A stretch of 64,000 nt of DNA from Nemertoderma westbladi (GCA_032718475.1 JAUCBJ010005774.1:1-64000); one strand, 5' to 3'. Counted from the stretch's first letter, positions 39,301 to 54,500 are shown. A program made the numbers and translations. The notes: generated by a model from the letters alone, not told the origin.

Positions 39301-42300
39301 GTACGGCCGGAGTACCAAACAGCTGTTAAACCTCTAGTTACCAGTTTCCAATTGGAAACTTTTCAGGACAAGTTTTTCGATCAAGGCACTCAGGACCTCA
39401 GTAACTACCTGAGCGCTTCAGCAGGACTCGACTTCCATAAATCCATCGGTGGGTTTAACGCCATTCACGGATACGTCGAGCCTCTAATCTCTTGGGCTCA
39501 GGAGATGATAGCAGAAGCCTTGGGAACCGATAAACTAGAGATACCGAGGAGTATGGAAGCTCCTTGTATGAGAATGATAGAGATTCCTGGAGACCCAATG
39601 CCGCATGAGGAAGAAATTGAATTAAATAACTCAATTATGGACAAATACCAAGTAGTAATGCAATGGTTTTATTCGTTCAATGGACGACGATGGTTGAGGA
39701 TATCCGCGAGTGTTTATAGTAAGAGAGAAGATTTCATTGAGTTGAAAGATGCTCTTGTTGAAAGTCTGCTGCTCCCACAAAAATTAGAAGTGGAAACCGA
39801 GCCTGTGCACTACCGGAGGGGTAGAAGGCAGTCCCTGCGACCGTGAACAAAACATATTCCTATGGATTTATTTATTTATTATATATTTTTGGCTATCTTT
39901 CTGGCCCGTGTTATTGAGTAGGTTGTATTTCAACTCTCAATTATATCTTACTGTATTCGAATAATTCGCAAAGTGCTGATAATGTCTTGCCCTTTATAAT
40001 TAGGGGTAGTTATATGAGTAATAATTGTATTTATTTCTAGTGAAGTTTAAGTCGCATATACATTATTATAATATATTCGCAGGGCACTGCTTATCCAAAT
40101 AACCATTTATAGCTCCAGGTGGAAGTAATCTCCATGTTGTAACGCCCTTTAGGTTGTTACAGTATGTAATTCAATTTATCTTGTAATAACACTATATCGT
40201 TCTATCTTTTATTAAAGAATTGAGGAACAAAAAAAGTACCAATTTAAGAATAAAATTACGTTAAATGGGAAAAAAAACGAAGACACATTTTTTTTAAATA
40301 TTCTCTCGACCCTTTATTAACCTCGCTAATATTTATGTTTTTAATGCTCTCTTGGGTTTTTTCGCATGAAAACAAACTAGATAAATAATAATTAACCCAA
40401 TCCCCATTACCTCATTTAATTCATGAATGACTGTGACGTCACCACGTACCTTGGACTCGGTCGATGCTGAAATGTCCTCCACCATCACCGCCGACAATTT
40501 CGTAGAAAATCTCTGCGTTCACGCCGATATCCGCGCTCGTTGCCATGACTACGGCGACCCGGGTCCCTGGCAACGCGTCCTCAGACACGGTGACGTCATA
40601 CTGAAGGAGTTCGAACTGGGGAGGAGAATCGTTGACGTCCAGAACCTGCGAATGGTGACGTCAGATAAAGTTAAATATAAACAATAAATAAGTAAGTAAA
40701 GTTTGGATGAAACAGAAATTGGAGAGGAAAAAAATGTGGAATTCGCCGTCGACTGGAATCGAACCCGTGACTACCGGCTTCAGTCTCAACCAGGGGGGGG
40801 GGGGGGGGGGGGGGGTCTATCCTTGACTGCGTTATTCGTAATAAATAGTTAATACCTCCAAGTCGACATTTTGTTACGCAGTTATTGAAATTGTTAGATT
40901 ACGAATGCAGCGGTTGCATACAATGTACTGCTATTAGTGTACAGGTATTTAATATGTGCTTGACTACTGACTTTATACGGATAGCAGGTTTAGCGAGCAG
41001 TATGGCAATCAATCCGATCGTCACATCTGCTAACCTCCAAAATATATAAAATAAAAGATATAAGTTAAATCATATACATTTCTATTGCGCGGACACTTTA
41101 TATCCCGCCGGTAAATAAAGTTCAGTGGGGTATGAGGGAAAATAAAGTTGCAATAAAAGGGAATTTTAAGGAATAACAATTTTTAGTTTAAAAAGATTAC
41201 CATAAAAACGTTCGACCGTCGTAAGAAAACAAAATACATCATAGCATAAACATTTCCAATTTATCTAAATATAATCTTATTAATTAAATAATTGATTCCG
41301 ACCTGTATAATAATATTAGTTGTCGAGGTCAATCTTGCGGGCAGCCCGTTGTCTATAGCTTCAACTGAAAGGTTATACAGCTGGCGAGTCTCGCGGTCCA
41401 ACATCCGTGTGAGGGAGATGATTCCGGACGAGTAATCCACCGAGAATGTGGATAACGCTTCCTCGTCGTTGGAGGGCGTAGGAGAAAATCGGTACGCCAC
41501 CTGGCGATCCATCCCTGAATCCAATACAAAACAATTAAAATTATAATAATAAGTTAATTAAATCAAGGGAAAGTATTGGAGATTGATATTGTCACTAGAT
41601 TTACGTTCATATATTTTCGATCAAAATTATCTTAAATGTTTCGAGTTTTGCAGGAGAGTCGGGTTGGTTGTAATCTTTAATTGTCTTCCCTGCATCACCA
41701 ATGGGAAAAGAACTTAGGGCAACGGGATTGGTTATATCACAAACTCGAAACTCATAGGACTAAGAAACCTACTAAACCACTTTTTACCTGCCAAATTAAT
41801 GCGGCGGTATTTTGTTTGAAGTTGGAATTTGGCTATCACGCTTGAAAAAAAGCGATTATAAAATTAAATATTAAATAATTAGAAACAATTAAGTCGCTAC
41901 CTTATATAACTTTACAACATTTTTGTTATAGTTTTAATTTATTATTAGTATATTATGGTTATGTAGGTCATGATCATATGTCATGTGGGGCATTAAGTAT
42001 ATTGTATTAATGTACAGTAGGCCCACATAGACCCATCAAAACCTAAACAAAAGCTGAAAGAACCTGCGGGCTTCTAGACACAAAATTCAGTTACCTTCAC
42101 GCTAAATGACTATAATTATTAAACATTTAAAGGATAAACAGAGGATGTCAAAATATATCGTGTTATAGCGCATTTCCGCTGAATGAAAAGTCCCTCAGTC
42201 TCCTTACGTCTGCTAATGTCTTCTTAGGGGCTCCGTAAATACTGGGAAAATATTATCTCTAGAAAAGGTTGAAACTAAGGAGATGAAAATATCTAATTGA

Positions 42301-45300
42301 ACTGCAGTTCAACAGCTTGTAAATATATTTACCGAATAGATTATTCTTAGATCTAAGTAAAAATGACTCCAAACAGACAAAGTACCCAACACAAAAAACA
42401 TTATTATATTACACATTGAGAAACCAATTAAGTTTAAAAAAAGTTAAGAAAATGCTTATTGATAGTAAAAATGTGTTAGCAAGCTGGATGTAGCTGTAGC
42501 TGTGTAGCTGTATGCAAGCTGTAAGAAAATGCTTGTTTGAACAAATTGTTAATATTTTTAGAAGACTGTTGGAGCTTTTTGCTGTAAAAAAACCGTCTGT
42601 TTGTGTCTGTCTGTTTGTCCGTATGTGCACATTGATATTGAGTTGAATTTTGAATTTTTCTTGGTAAAGTCTGATTTCACCGGTACCTGTCATCAGAAAT
42701 TTGGATTGTGATATATCGTTGGGTGTCGTTCACCAAACTGTACAGATCGTTTCTCGAGATATCATCAATTTACATTTAATTAAAAGACCGTTAGGGCTTA
42801 CTTGTTGAGAGGTAAAGTATATATATGTGCTGCTATAACTCTGTCAAACTGTCCTTCTTAGGGGCTGACGGTCTTCCTATAGCCAGCTTGCTGGATCTCT
42901 AGTTAATTAAAAGTGAAAGTAAAATTGACTAACCTTATTCAAACATAAATATATTAAATTCCCACTGCCTCAAAATTCTACCATTAATATTTATTAATTA
43001 ACAATAAAATTTATTGTATTTACATGTACAAGGAACTTACTATTCATATTGTTAAAGTATATTTTTACCAAACTGTCAAAATGATGACCAATCTAAATGA
43101 AGCTTGTCTGACTCCCAATGAGAGAGAAGAAAAACCTAAAAGTTTGATTAAACGTTATAAATGTTGTCTGATAGCATTGGTTGTTGTTATGGTAACCTTT
43201 GTTATTGGCATTCTCATTGGTTACTTCAGTCACCCCCGTTATCCTCTCCACTACAAGGCCTATACAGGGGTAGAGAGTTGGGTGCGTAATCGGTTGCTTA
43301 GTGATATAGACGCCTACCGACTCAAGTTTATCAACAAAGAGATGTCGAAGAAGCCCCATCTGGCGGGAACTTTGGGTAATCGCGATTTGGCTGACTACGT
43401 CGCAGGGAAGTGGAACCGGGCTGGTTTGGATCATGTTGAGATCAAGAAGTACAATGTTCTGTTGTCCTACCCAAAACAACCCGGGAGTGTTAAGTTCTCT
43501 GGAGATTCCAATCTAGACTTCACAGTGGAGAATGAGAGATCAATAGGATTGGAGGAGATTGACTCTGATACTGTACTCCCATATGCTGCATATTCCCCTT
43601 CTGGCACTGTTACTGGTGATGTTATATACGTTAATTACGGGAGAGCGGAAGATTTCGACTTCCTTAAACAGTTAGGAATTAACCCCGATGGAAAGATTTG
43701 TGTGGCTCGATTCGGCAGGGGTTTCCGTGGTGTCAAGGCGCACGAAGCTGCTGCGAGGAAGTGTGTTGGACTTATTGTCTACTCGGACCCGCAGGGAGTT
43801 GCCCCCGGCAACCCACCCCCCTCGGCCCTCCACCCAGACGGAGTCTACCTACCCCCGACCGGGGTACAACGAGGTACCTACAATCTACACACCGGAGATC
43901 CCCAGACACCAGGATTCCCGTCTACCGATTACGCGTACAGGAAAACGAATACCTCAAATGTATTTCCTTCCATTCCAGTTATCCCTATGGGCTACGGACA
44001 GGCTAAAATAGTTCTAGAACAACTAAAACCTGGAAATGAGTCACTGCCTGCCTCATGGATAGGTGAGATTGCCGGGTTAAAGTATAATACTGGGCCTGGA
44101 TATGGAACCACTAAAGGTAAAGTTACCATAGAAACAAATAACGAGAATGTAGTCAAAGAAATTTATAATGTAATTGGTTATATCTATGGATCAGTCGAGT
44201 CAGATCGTTATGTTATGATTGGTAGTCATAGAGACTCGTGGGTACGTGGTGCAATAGATGCTGGATCAGGGACAACTTTACTAATGGAGTTGGCTCGGGT
44301 GTTTGGGGGGCTTAGGAAAGATGGCTGGTCTCCCAGACGCACTCTCATGTTTGAGTCGTGGGACGGAGAGGAATTTGGAATGATCGGATCAGCGGAATGG
44401 GTCGAGGAATATCAACAAGAGCTCGCCGCTCGCGGTGTGGCTTATATTAATGTGGACATGGCGGTTTGGGGCAACTACTCGGTACAAGTTAAAGCCACTG
44501 GCAATCTACAAGATGTAGTCACCAGCGCGGCTAATGAAATACAAACCCCGGAAGGGGAGAATTTCCGAGATGTTTGGGCGAGGAGACAGCGGGAGCGGGA
44601 TATGCGAAAACGAGGGAACAAGACCGTCCCAGGGGAGTATGGAGTATACCCTCACGTTTACACAGTGTCTGCGTCTTCCGATTTCGCGCATTTTATCAAC
44701 TATGCCGGAGTATCAGTCATGGATCTGCAACTGCAAGCGGCACTAGTGCCAACCTACCACACCGCGTATGACACACACCGCTACTTCGAGTTCATTGACC
44801 CAGAGTTCCATTACCACCGCATGATGGCGCAACTGGCGGGGTTCACTTTACTCCGCCTTGTAGATGACGTCATACTCCCACTCAATGTAGATGGCTACGC
44901 AGCCACAGTGTTTCAGCTGATAAACGGGATTGATACTGATTATAAGATCACGAAGAATGTTTCAGAATGGTCTAAGGGTGGTATTTATAGCGATCTAGTT
45001 GAAAATTTAAAAGATTCACTGCAGAACCTGTCAGTAGCAGCAAGAAAGCTGGAGGCAACAAAGAAAACTATAAACAAATACGATGCAATGGCAGTACGTC
45101 GCCTTAATGATAAGTTAAGTTCATTCGAACGCAACTTTATCATTCCTCTCGGTATTACAGGGAACCCAACCAAACGACACGTCGTGTATTCTGGGGGAGT
45201 TAATAACTACGGAAGTACCGGGTTTGCCGGAATATTGGACGCTTTCAAGCAATCAATTGAACACCCGGGAGACATGGAAACGCGGGCGGAAACATTCAGA

Positions 45301-45503
45301 CAGATTTCTCAAGTTATATTTGCTATAAACTCAGCTGCACACTCAATAATTACAGGTCCTCAATATTAGAAAGCAATAAGAGTTTAATGAACTTATTTCA
45401 ATATAAATTCTAACAATGTGGGGCGAGCCACGCTGTCAGGGCGAGTCTTAGCGCACAATTATAATTAGTAAATGGGGCAAAACTTCATGTCGTCTGTCTG
45501 TAG

Positions 45504-45557
<54 letters not shown>

Positions 45558-48500
45558 AATAAAAAACTCATTCGTAAATAACTTTAGAAGATTTTAACCA
45601 TCTTCAAACCAAATTTTGTATGTGCTGGGCATACTAGAGGAAAAGTTCCAATATTTTTTAAAGTTACGGGCAAATACCTATTGAAATTTTGACTCCAGAT
45701 CAAATCGAACCTGTTTCGAACTTGCTCAAGTTCGCGTGCTGCGCGACGCCCCACGAACGTGTTATTTATTAGCTCTGATAAAGATTATGTGGAAACTTTT
45801 ATAGCTTATGCTTTTGTATACATTTGGTGGTCAGACGTTATGGTCGTTAAATATAAAACGAGAGAATCACAAACTCGTAGACTTACCTTCGTCCTTGTCC
45901 CAGGCCTGTATCCTAGCAACCCATGTGTCTACCGGTTTGCTCTCCAGCACCCCGTGCGCGCCCTCTAGTATTGGCGGGAAGCTGGGCGGCCAATCGTTGG
46001 CGTCACTCACCATCACCGTAACCCGGGAGCTGCACCGACGACCTCCGGTGTCCATGGCAACCGCAGTCAATTCGTACAGATCCACGGTCTCCCTATCGAG
46101 CCGTGTTGCCGTGACAACCGTACCTAAGTGAAGGAAGTTTACAATCACACATTTATACATTCTAGCGAAATTTATTCTAAAAATTAATAAAAATTTAACG
46201 AAAATGCCTGTCTGATCTCTTTGTTTCGTTTTGAAATATACGAAAGAAATTACATTATTAAACAATATAATAGCCTCACCATTTTCCTTTCCGATGTCAA
46301 AATGATGCGCAAATTGTCCCTCCAATGAATAGCTGATTGCCGCATTATCTCCAACATCTCGGTCAGTGGCAGACAAATTAGCCACACCCAATCCAGGTGG
46401 CATATTCTCCGCCACCTCAGCAGTCACATATTGCTAGGAGACGAAACAAACAAATAATTACCTGTTAGATGCTCTAGTAACTAAATACGAAATGTTTACA
46501 AAAGGAGTTTGTATTCTTTGGAAACAGAAACTGGTAGAAAACAAGAAACCATTAACAACATCTGTGGCGCAGTGGCGGTTTAATATATGTGGTGTCATTT
46601 AATCTATGGGTCCTTTAGCCACACTTTTAGACGATAACTTTATTGAAATATTAAGATAATTACAACTACAGAGTTAAAGAAACACAAGTAAACACCAGTA
46701 AAAAAATGTAATAAACAAACAAATATAGAAATGAGAAGAGAAAAATAACATAGAGTTAACAGAAAAGCTAGAAATATAAACTGAAACTTATAGAAACTGA
46801 GGTTTATAAATAGCAATGCGAATATATTGTTTATTTTTAGTTAGAATAACACCCGAGGGATTCAAGGGTTAAAACACGTAGTTAACAAAAACATTGAAAC
46901 AAAGACTAAATGATTTGTAAACAATAGAATGTAAATACCTGAGTGTACCAATCCAGAGATGGAAGCTTTAATTAAAATTACAAAAGTTTGTTAGTTAATG
47001 TGATATTTACAGTCTCCGGTGATTTAATAATCATAGTTAAAATTGTAGATAAATTTCACACCCACTCATATGTAGGAATCCGGCTAAATTACATCTTTCC
47101 TGCGCTTTAGGGAAACTCAATTATCAGAGTCTAACATTGATACTTACTTGATCACATACGGGAGAATTGTCATTAACGTCAGTAATTTCCACGATTAGTG
47201 TTGCTATGGCAGCGAATCTACCATCAGTAACAACGATTTCCATATTGTAAACCTAAAAAAACACAGGAATAGTACAAAGGTGTAACGACAACATTTAATT
47301 AACTTAGAAATAAAACACTAAGAAGTGTTCTACCCTTGTACGTCTTTATTCCTGAATCTCCTTCACATACAATACACTGACATTGACAGACTGGTTTTCT
47401 CTTAAAATCTGTGAATTCCACATCCAACTGCTTTCACTAACCTCTATCGATTCTCTATCCAACCGCTGGGTGGTGTACCTATACACTAACCTCCATTGAT
47501 TATCTATCGAACCGCTGGGTGGTGTACCTATACACTAACCTCTATCGATTCTCTATCCAACCGCTGGGTGGTGTACCTATACACTAACCTCCATTGATTC
47601 TCTATCGAACCGCAGGGTGGTGTACCTATACACTAACTTCTATTGATTCTCTATCGAACCGCTGGGTGGTGTACCTATACACTAACCTCCATTGATTCTC
47701 TATCGAACCGCTGGGTGGTGTACCTATACACTAACCTCCATTGATTCTCTATCGAACCGCTGGGTGGTGTACCTATACACTAACCTCCATTGATTCTCTA
47801 TCCAACCGCTGGGTGGTGTACCTATATACTAACCTCCATTGATTATCTATCGAACCCCTGGGTGGTGTACCTATACACTAACCTCCATTGATTCCCTATC
47901 GAACCGCTGGGTGGTGTACCTATATACTAACTTCCATTGATTCTCGATCCAACCGCTGGGTGGTGTACCTATACACTAACTTCCATTGATTATCTATCGA
48001 ACCCCTGGGTGGTGTACCTATACACTAACCTCCATTGATTCCCTATCGAACCGCTGGGTGGTGTACCTATATACTAACTTCCATTGATTCTCGATCCAAC
48101 CGCTGGGTGGTGTACCTATACACTAACCTCCATTGATTCTCTATCGAACCGCTGGGTGGTGTACCTATACACTAACTTCCATTGATTCTCTATCCAACCG
48201 CTTGGTGGTGTACCTATACACTAACCTCCATTGATTATCTATCCCACCACTGGGTGGTGTACACTAACCTCCATTGATTCCCTATCCAACCACTGGGTGG
48301 CACACTAAACACCATTGATACCTTATCCAACCGCTAGGTGGTGTACACTAACCTCCATTGATTCTCTATCCAACCGCTGGGTGGTGTACACTAACCTCCA
48401 ATGATGCCCTGTCCAACCACTGGGTGGCACACTAAACACAATTGATTCCCTATCCAACCGCTAGGTGATGTACACTAACCTCCATTGATTCTCTATCCAA

Positions 48501-51500
48501 CCGCTGGGTGGTGTACACTTTCCCTGTTTCCGAATCAATATTAAAGTGGCCGCGAGTATCTGTACCCCCGACGATATAATAACGTAATGTTTTGCTGGCC
48601 TCGGTATCTACAGCAACCATAGTATAAACAAACGTTCCTAAAATGGAAAATCCATTATTTAACGATTCATTAAATAATAATGGTTGATTTATGAACTCTT
48701 GTCAGTTTGAATTGTATGTTACCCTTATACAAGGATTTCTTAGGTTCGATACAAGTCAGTGCCATATGGTAGCACACTTATGTAGCACACATTGACCACA
48801 GACAGATAGACATACTGGAGCAATAATACATAACCCCCACCATCTGGGTAGCATATGCTCATCCCCCTGTTTTCATTTAGGGGTGCAGAAACACGGTCAA
48901 CCGAATCAACACGACCAAAAGGCAACAAAAATAAATTCAATGTACAATCTGGTGACTCTATCATTGAAGCATGAAGTCTTCCTAAACATTTTAGAACATA
49001 CTTGTTTGTGAAACTTAATATGTATTAAAAACCGTTACAATATTTATCAAATAAACCGTAGAACTCACCGGGTAATTGGTCTTCAGTCACTTGGGTCCTA
49101 TATGTTGCCTGACCGTCGCTAGACCTCCTCGTCCGCCCGTCACTAGGTAACGGGATGCTGTCGCTAGGGAATGAAGGAGGCGAGTCGTTGCTATCCACTA
49201 CGGACACGACCACAGTGGCGGTGGAGGTAAACCGTAATGACTCGCCCGTATCCGTGGCAACCACTAGTAAATTAACTTCAGGAGAGACCTCATAGTCAAG
49301 TGGAGTGTCGAGGAAAACCCATCTGAGAGAGGAGATGAGATAAGTGTATACCGTGGAAAGTGTACAAGTACATGGGGAAAATGCGTGCAAGTGCAATAAG
49401 ACGCTACCATAATGCCTCACCATTATTGCTTTATTATATTACCTGGTATCTACATACACTCCCTCCACCTACTGCCTATTAATTATCACTTCGACCCCAC
49501 CCAACCCATAGTGCTGTAAATTACAAATAATATTACAAGTAATACTCTCTTTCACCACTTTTATATGCTCTATTTTTAGCTGTATTGTACTTATCGTTAT
49601 GTATTGGTTGGTGATTCTCTCTCGGTCATCTTCCTCTAACTCACCCAGACACCGGATCCACAGTAAACCCGTTCCCTTCCTCCTCCAACTCACCCACTCA
49701 CCGGATCCACAGTAAACCCGCTCCCTTCATCCTCCAACTCACCGGATCCACAGTAAACCCACTCCCTTCCTCCTCCAACTCACCGGATCCACAGTAAACC
49801 CGTTCCCTTCCTCCTCCAACTCACCCAATCACCGGATCCACAGTAAACCCGCTCCCTTTCTCCTCCAACTCACCGGATCCACAGTAAACCCGTTCCCTTC
49901 CTCCTCCAACTCACCGGATCCACAGTAAACCCGTTCCCTTCCTCCTCCAACTCACCCAATCACCGGATCCACAGTAAACCCGCTCCCTTCATCCTCCAAC
50001 TCACCCAGTAACCGGATCCACAGTAAACCCGCTCCCTTCCTCCTCCAACTCACCGGATCCACAGTAAACCCGCTCCCTTCATCCTCCAACTCACCCAGTA
50101 ACCGGATCCACAGTAAACCCGCTCCCTTCCTCCTCCAACTCACCGGATCCACAGTAAACCCGTTCCCTTCCTCCTCCAACTCACCCAATCACCGGATCCA
50201 CAGTAAACCCGCTCCCTTCATCCTCCAACTCACCCAGTAACCGGATCCACAGTAAACCCGTTCCCTTCCTCCTCCAACTCACCCAATCACCGGATCCACA
50301 GTAAACCCGCTCCCTTTCTCCTCCAACTCACCCAGTAACCGGATCCACAGTAAACCCGTTCCCTTCCTCCTCCAACTCACCCAATCACCGGATCCACAGT
50401 AAACCCGCTCCCTTTCTCCTCCAACTCACCGGATCTACAGTAAACCCGCTCCCTTCCTCCTCCAACTCACCCAGTAACCGGATCCACAGTAAACCCGTTC
50501 CCTTCCTCCTCCAACTCACCCAATCACCGGATCCACAGTAAACCCGCTCCCTTTCTCCTCCAACTCACCCAGTAACCGGATCCACAGTAAACCCGTTCCC
50601 TTCCTCCTCCAACTCACCCAATCACCGGATCCACAGTAAACCCGCTCCCTTTCTCCTCCAACTCACCGGATCTACAGTAAACCCGCTCCCTTCCTCCTCC
50701 AACTCACCCAGTAACCGGATCCACAGTAAACCCGTTCCCTTCCTCCTCCAACTCACCCAATCACCGGATCCACAGTAAACCCGCTCGCTTTCTCCTCCAA
50801 CTCACCGGATCCACAGTAAACCCGCTCCCTTCCTCCTCCAACTCACCCAATCACCGGATCCACAGTAAACCCGCTCCCTTCCTCCTCCAACTCACCTAGT
50901 CACCGGATCCACAGTAAACCCGTTCCCTTCCTCCTCCAACTCACCTAGTCACCGGATCCACAGTAAACCCGTTCCCTTCCTACTCCAACTCACCCAATCA
51001 CCGGATCCACAGTAAACCCGCTCCCTTCCTCCTCCAACTCACCCAGTCACCGGATCCACAGTAAACCCGCTCCCTTCCTCCTCCAACACACCCAGTCTAC
51101 GGATCCACAGTAAACCCGCTCCCTTCCTCCTCCAACACACCCAGTCAACGGATCCACAGTAAAGCCGCTCCCTTCCTCCTCCAACTCACCGGATCCACAG
51201 TAAACCCGCTCCCTTCCTCCTCCAACTCACCCAGTCACCGGATCCACAGTAAACCCGCTCCCTTCCTCCTCCAACTCACCCAGTCACCGGATCCACAGTA
51301 AACCCGCTCCCTTCCTCCTCCAACTCACCCAGTCACCGGATCCACAGTAAACCCGCTCCCTTCCTCCTGCAACTCACCCAGTAAACGGATCCACAGTAAA
51401 CCCGCTCCCTTCCTCCTCCAACTCACCCAGTAACCGGATCCACAGTAAACCCGCTCCCTTCCTCCTCCAACTCACCCAGTAACCGGATCCACAGTAAACC

Positions 51501-54500
51501 CGCTCCCTTCCTCCTCCAACTCACCCAGTAACCGGATCCACAGTAAACCCGCTCCCTTCCTCCTGCAACTCACCCAGTAAACGGATCCACAGTAAACCCG
51601 CTCCCTTCCTCCTCCAACTCACCCAGTAACCGGATCCACAGTAAACCCGCTCCCTTCCTCCTCCAACTCACCCAGTAACCGGATCCACAGTAAACCCGCT
51701 CCCTTCCTCCTCCAACTCACCCAGTAACCGGATCCACAGTAAACCCGCTCCCTTCCTCCTCCAACTCACCCAGTCACCGGATCCACAGTAAACCCGCTCC
51801 CTTCCTCCTCCAACTCACCCAGTAACCGGATCCACAGTAAACCCGCTCCCTTCCTCCTCCAACTTACCCAGTCACCGGATCCACAGTAAACCCGCTCCCT
51901 TCCTCCTCCAACTCACCCAGTAACCGGATCCACAGTAAACCCGCTCCCTTCCTCCTCCAACTTACCCAGTCACCGGATCCACAGTAAACCCGCTCCCTTC
52001 CTCCTCCAACTCACCCAGTAACCGGATCCACAGTAAACCCGCTCCCTTCCTCCTCCAACTCACCCAGTAACCGGATCCACAGTAAACCCGCTCCCTTACT
52101 CCTCCAACTCACCGGATCCACAGTAAACCCGCTCCCTTCCTCCTCCAACTCACCGGATCCACAGTAAACCCGCTCCCTTCCTCCTCCAACTCACCCAGTA
52201 ACCGGATCCACAGTAAACCCGCTCCCTTCCTCCTCCAACTCACCCAGTAACCGGATCCACAGTAAACCCGCTCCCTTCCTCCTCCAACTTACCCAGTCAC
52301 CGGATCCACAGTAAACCCGCTCCCTTCCTCCTCCAACTCACCCAGTAACCGGATCCACAGTAAACCCGCTCCCTTCCTCCTCGAACTTACCCAGTCACCG
52401 GATCTACAGTAAACCCGCTCCCTTCCTCCTCCAACTCACCCAGTAACCGGATCCACAGTAAACCCGCTCCCTTCCTCCTCCAACTCACCCAGTAACCGGA
52501 TCCACAGTAAACCCGCTCCCTTACTCCTCCAACTCACCGGATCCACAGTAAACCCGCTCCCTTCATCCTCCAACTTACCCAGTCACCGGATCCACAGTAA
52601 ACCCGCTCCTCCCTTCCTCCTCCAACTCACCCAGTAACCGGATCCACAGTAAACCCGCTCCCTTCCTCCTCCAACTCACCGAGTCACCGGATCCACAGTA
52701 AACCCGCTCCCTTAATCCTCCAACTTACCCAGTCACCAGATCCACAGTAAACCCGCTCCCTTCCTCCTCCAACTCACCCAGTAACCGGATCCACAGTAAA
52801 CCCGCTCCCTTCCTCCTCCAACTCACCCAGTAACCGGATCCACAGTAAACCCGCTCCCTTCCTCCTCCAACTTACCCAGTCACCGGATCCACAGTAAACC
52901 CGCTCCCTTCCTCCTCCAACTCACCCAGTAACCGGATCCACAGTAAACCCGCTCCCTTCCTCCTCCAACTTACCCAGTCACCGGATCCACAGTAAACCCG
53001 CTCCCTTCCTCCTCCAACTCACACAGTAACCGGATCCACAGTAAACCCGCTCCCTTCCTCCTCCAACTCACCCAGTAACCGGATCCACAGTAAACCCGCT
53101 CCCTTACTCCTCCAACTCACCGGATCCACAGTAAACCCGCTCCCTTCATCCTCCAACTTACCCAGTCACCGGATCCACAGTAAACCCGCTCCCTTCCTCC
53201 TCCAACTCACCCAGTAACCGGATCCACAGTAAACCCGCTCCCTTCCTCCTCCAACTCACCGAGTCACCGGATCCACAGTAAACCCGCTCCCTTCCTCCTC
53301 CAACACACCGGATCCACACTAAACCCGCTCCCTTCCTCCTCCAACACACCCACCCAGTCACCGGATCCACAGTAAACCCGCTCCCTTTCTCCTCTAACTC
53401 ACCGGATCCACAGTAAACCCGCTCCCTTCCTCCTCCAACTCACCCAGTCACCGGATCCACAGTAAACCCGTTCCCTTCCTCCTCCAACTCACCCTGTCAC
53501 CGGATCCACATTAAACCCACTCCCTTCCTCGTCCAACTCACCCTGTCACCGGATCCACAGTAAACCCGCTCCCTTCCTCCTCCAACTCACCCGGTCACCG
53601 GATCCACAGTAAACCCGCTCCCTTCATCCTCCAACTCACCGGATCCACAGTAAACCCGCTCCCTTCCTCCTCCAACTCACCCAGTAACCGGATCCACAGT
53701 AAACCCGCTCCCTTCCTCCTCCAACTTACCCAGTCACCGGATCCACATTAAACCCACTCCCTTCCTCGTCCAACTCACCCTGTCACCGGATCCACAGTAA
53801 ACCCGCTCCCTTCCTCCTCCAACTCACCCGGTCACCGGATCCACAGTAAACCCGCTCCCTTCATCCTCCAACTCACCGGATCCACAGTAAACCCGCTCCC
53901 TTCCTCCTCCAACTTACCCAGTCACCGGATCCACATTAAACCCACTCCCTTCCTCGTCCAACTCACCCTGTCACCGGATCCACAGTAAACCCGCTCCCTT
54001 CCTCCTCCAACTCACCCGGTCACCGGATCCACAGTAAACCCGCTCCCTTCATCCTCCAACTCACCGGATCCACAGTAAACCCGCTCCCTTCCTCCTCCAA
54101 CTCACCCAGTCACCGGATCCACAGTAAACCCGTTCCCTTCCTCCTCCAACTCACCCTGTCACCGGATCCACATTAAACCCACTCCCTTCCTCGTCCAACT
54201 CACCCTGTCACCGGATCCACAGTAAACCCGCTCCCTTCCTCCTCCAACTCACCCGGTCACCGGATCCACAGTAAACCCGCTCCCTTCATCCTCCAACTCA
54301 CCGGATCCACAGTAAACCCGCTCCCTTCCTCCTCCAACTCACCCAGTAACCGGATCCACAGTAAACCCGCTCCCTTCCTCCTCCAACTCACCCAGTAACC
54401 GGATCCACAGTAAACCCGCTCCCTTCCTCCTCCAACTCACCCAGTCATCGGATCCACAGTAAACCCACTCCCTTCATCCTCCAACTCACCGGATCCACAG

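Noticed and set aside
40742-40790. tRNA gene (also B-box hits near 27830, 29470 and 57908)
   Set aside because: Only the T-arm/B-box is recognisable and no full cloverleaf can be drawn; these fit SINE heads.
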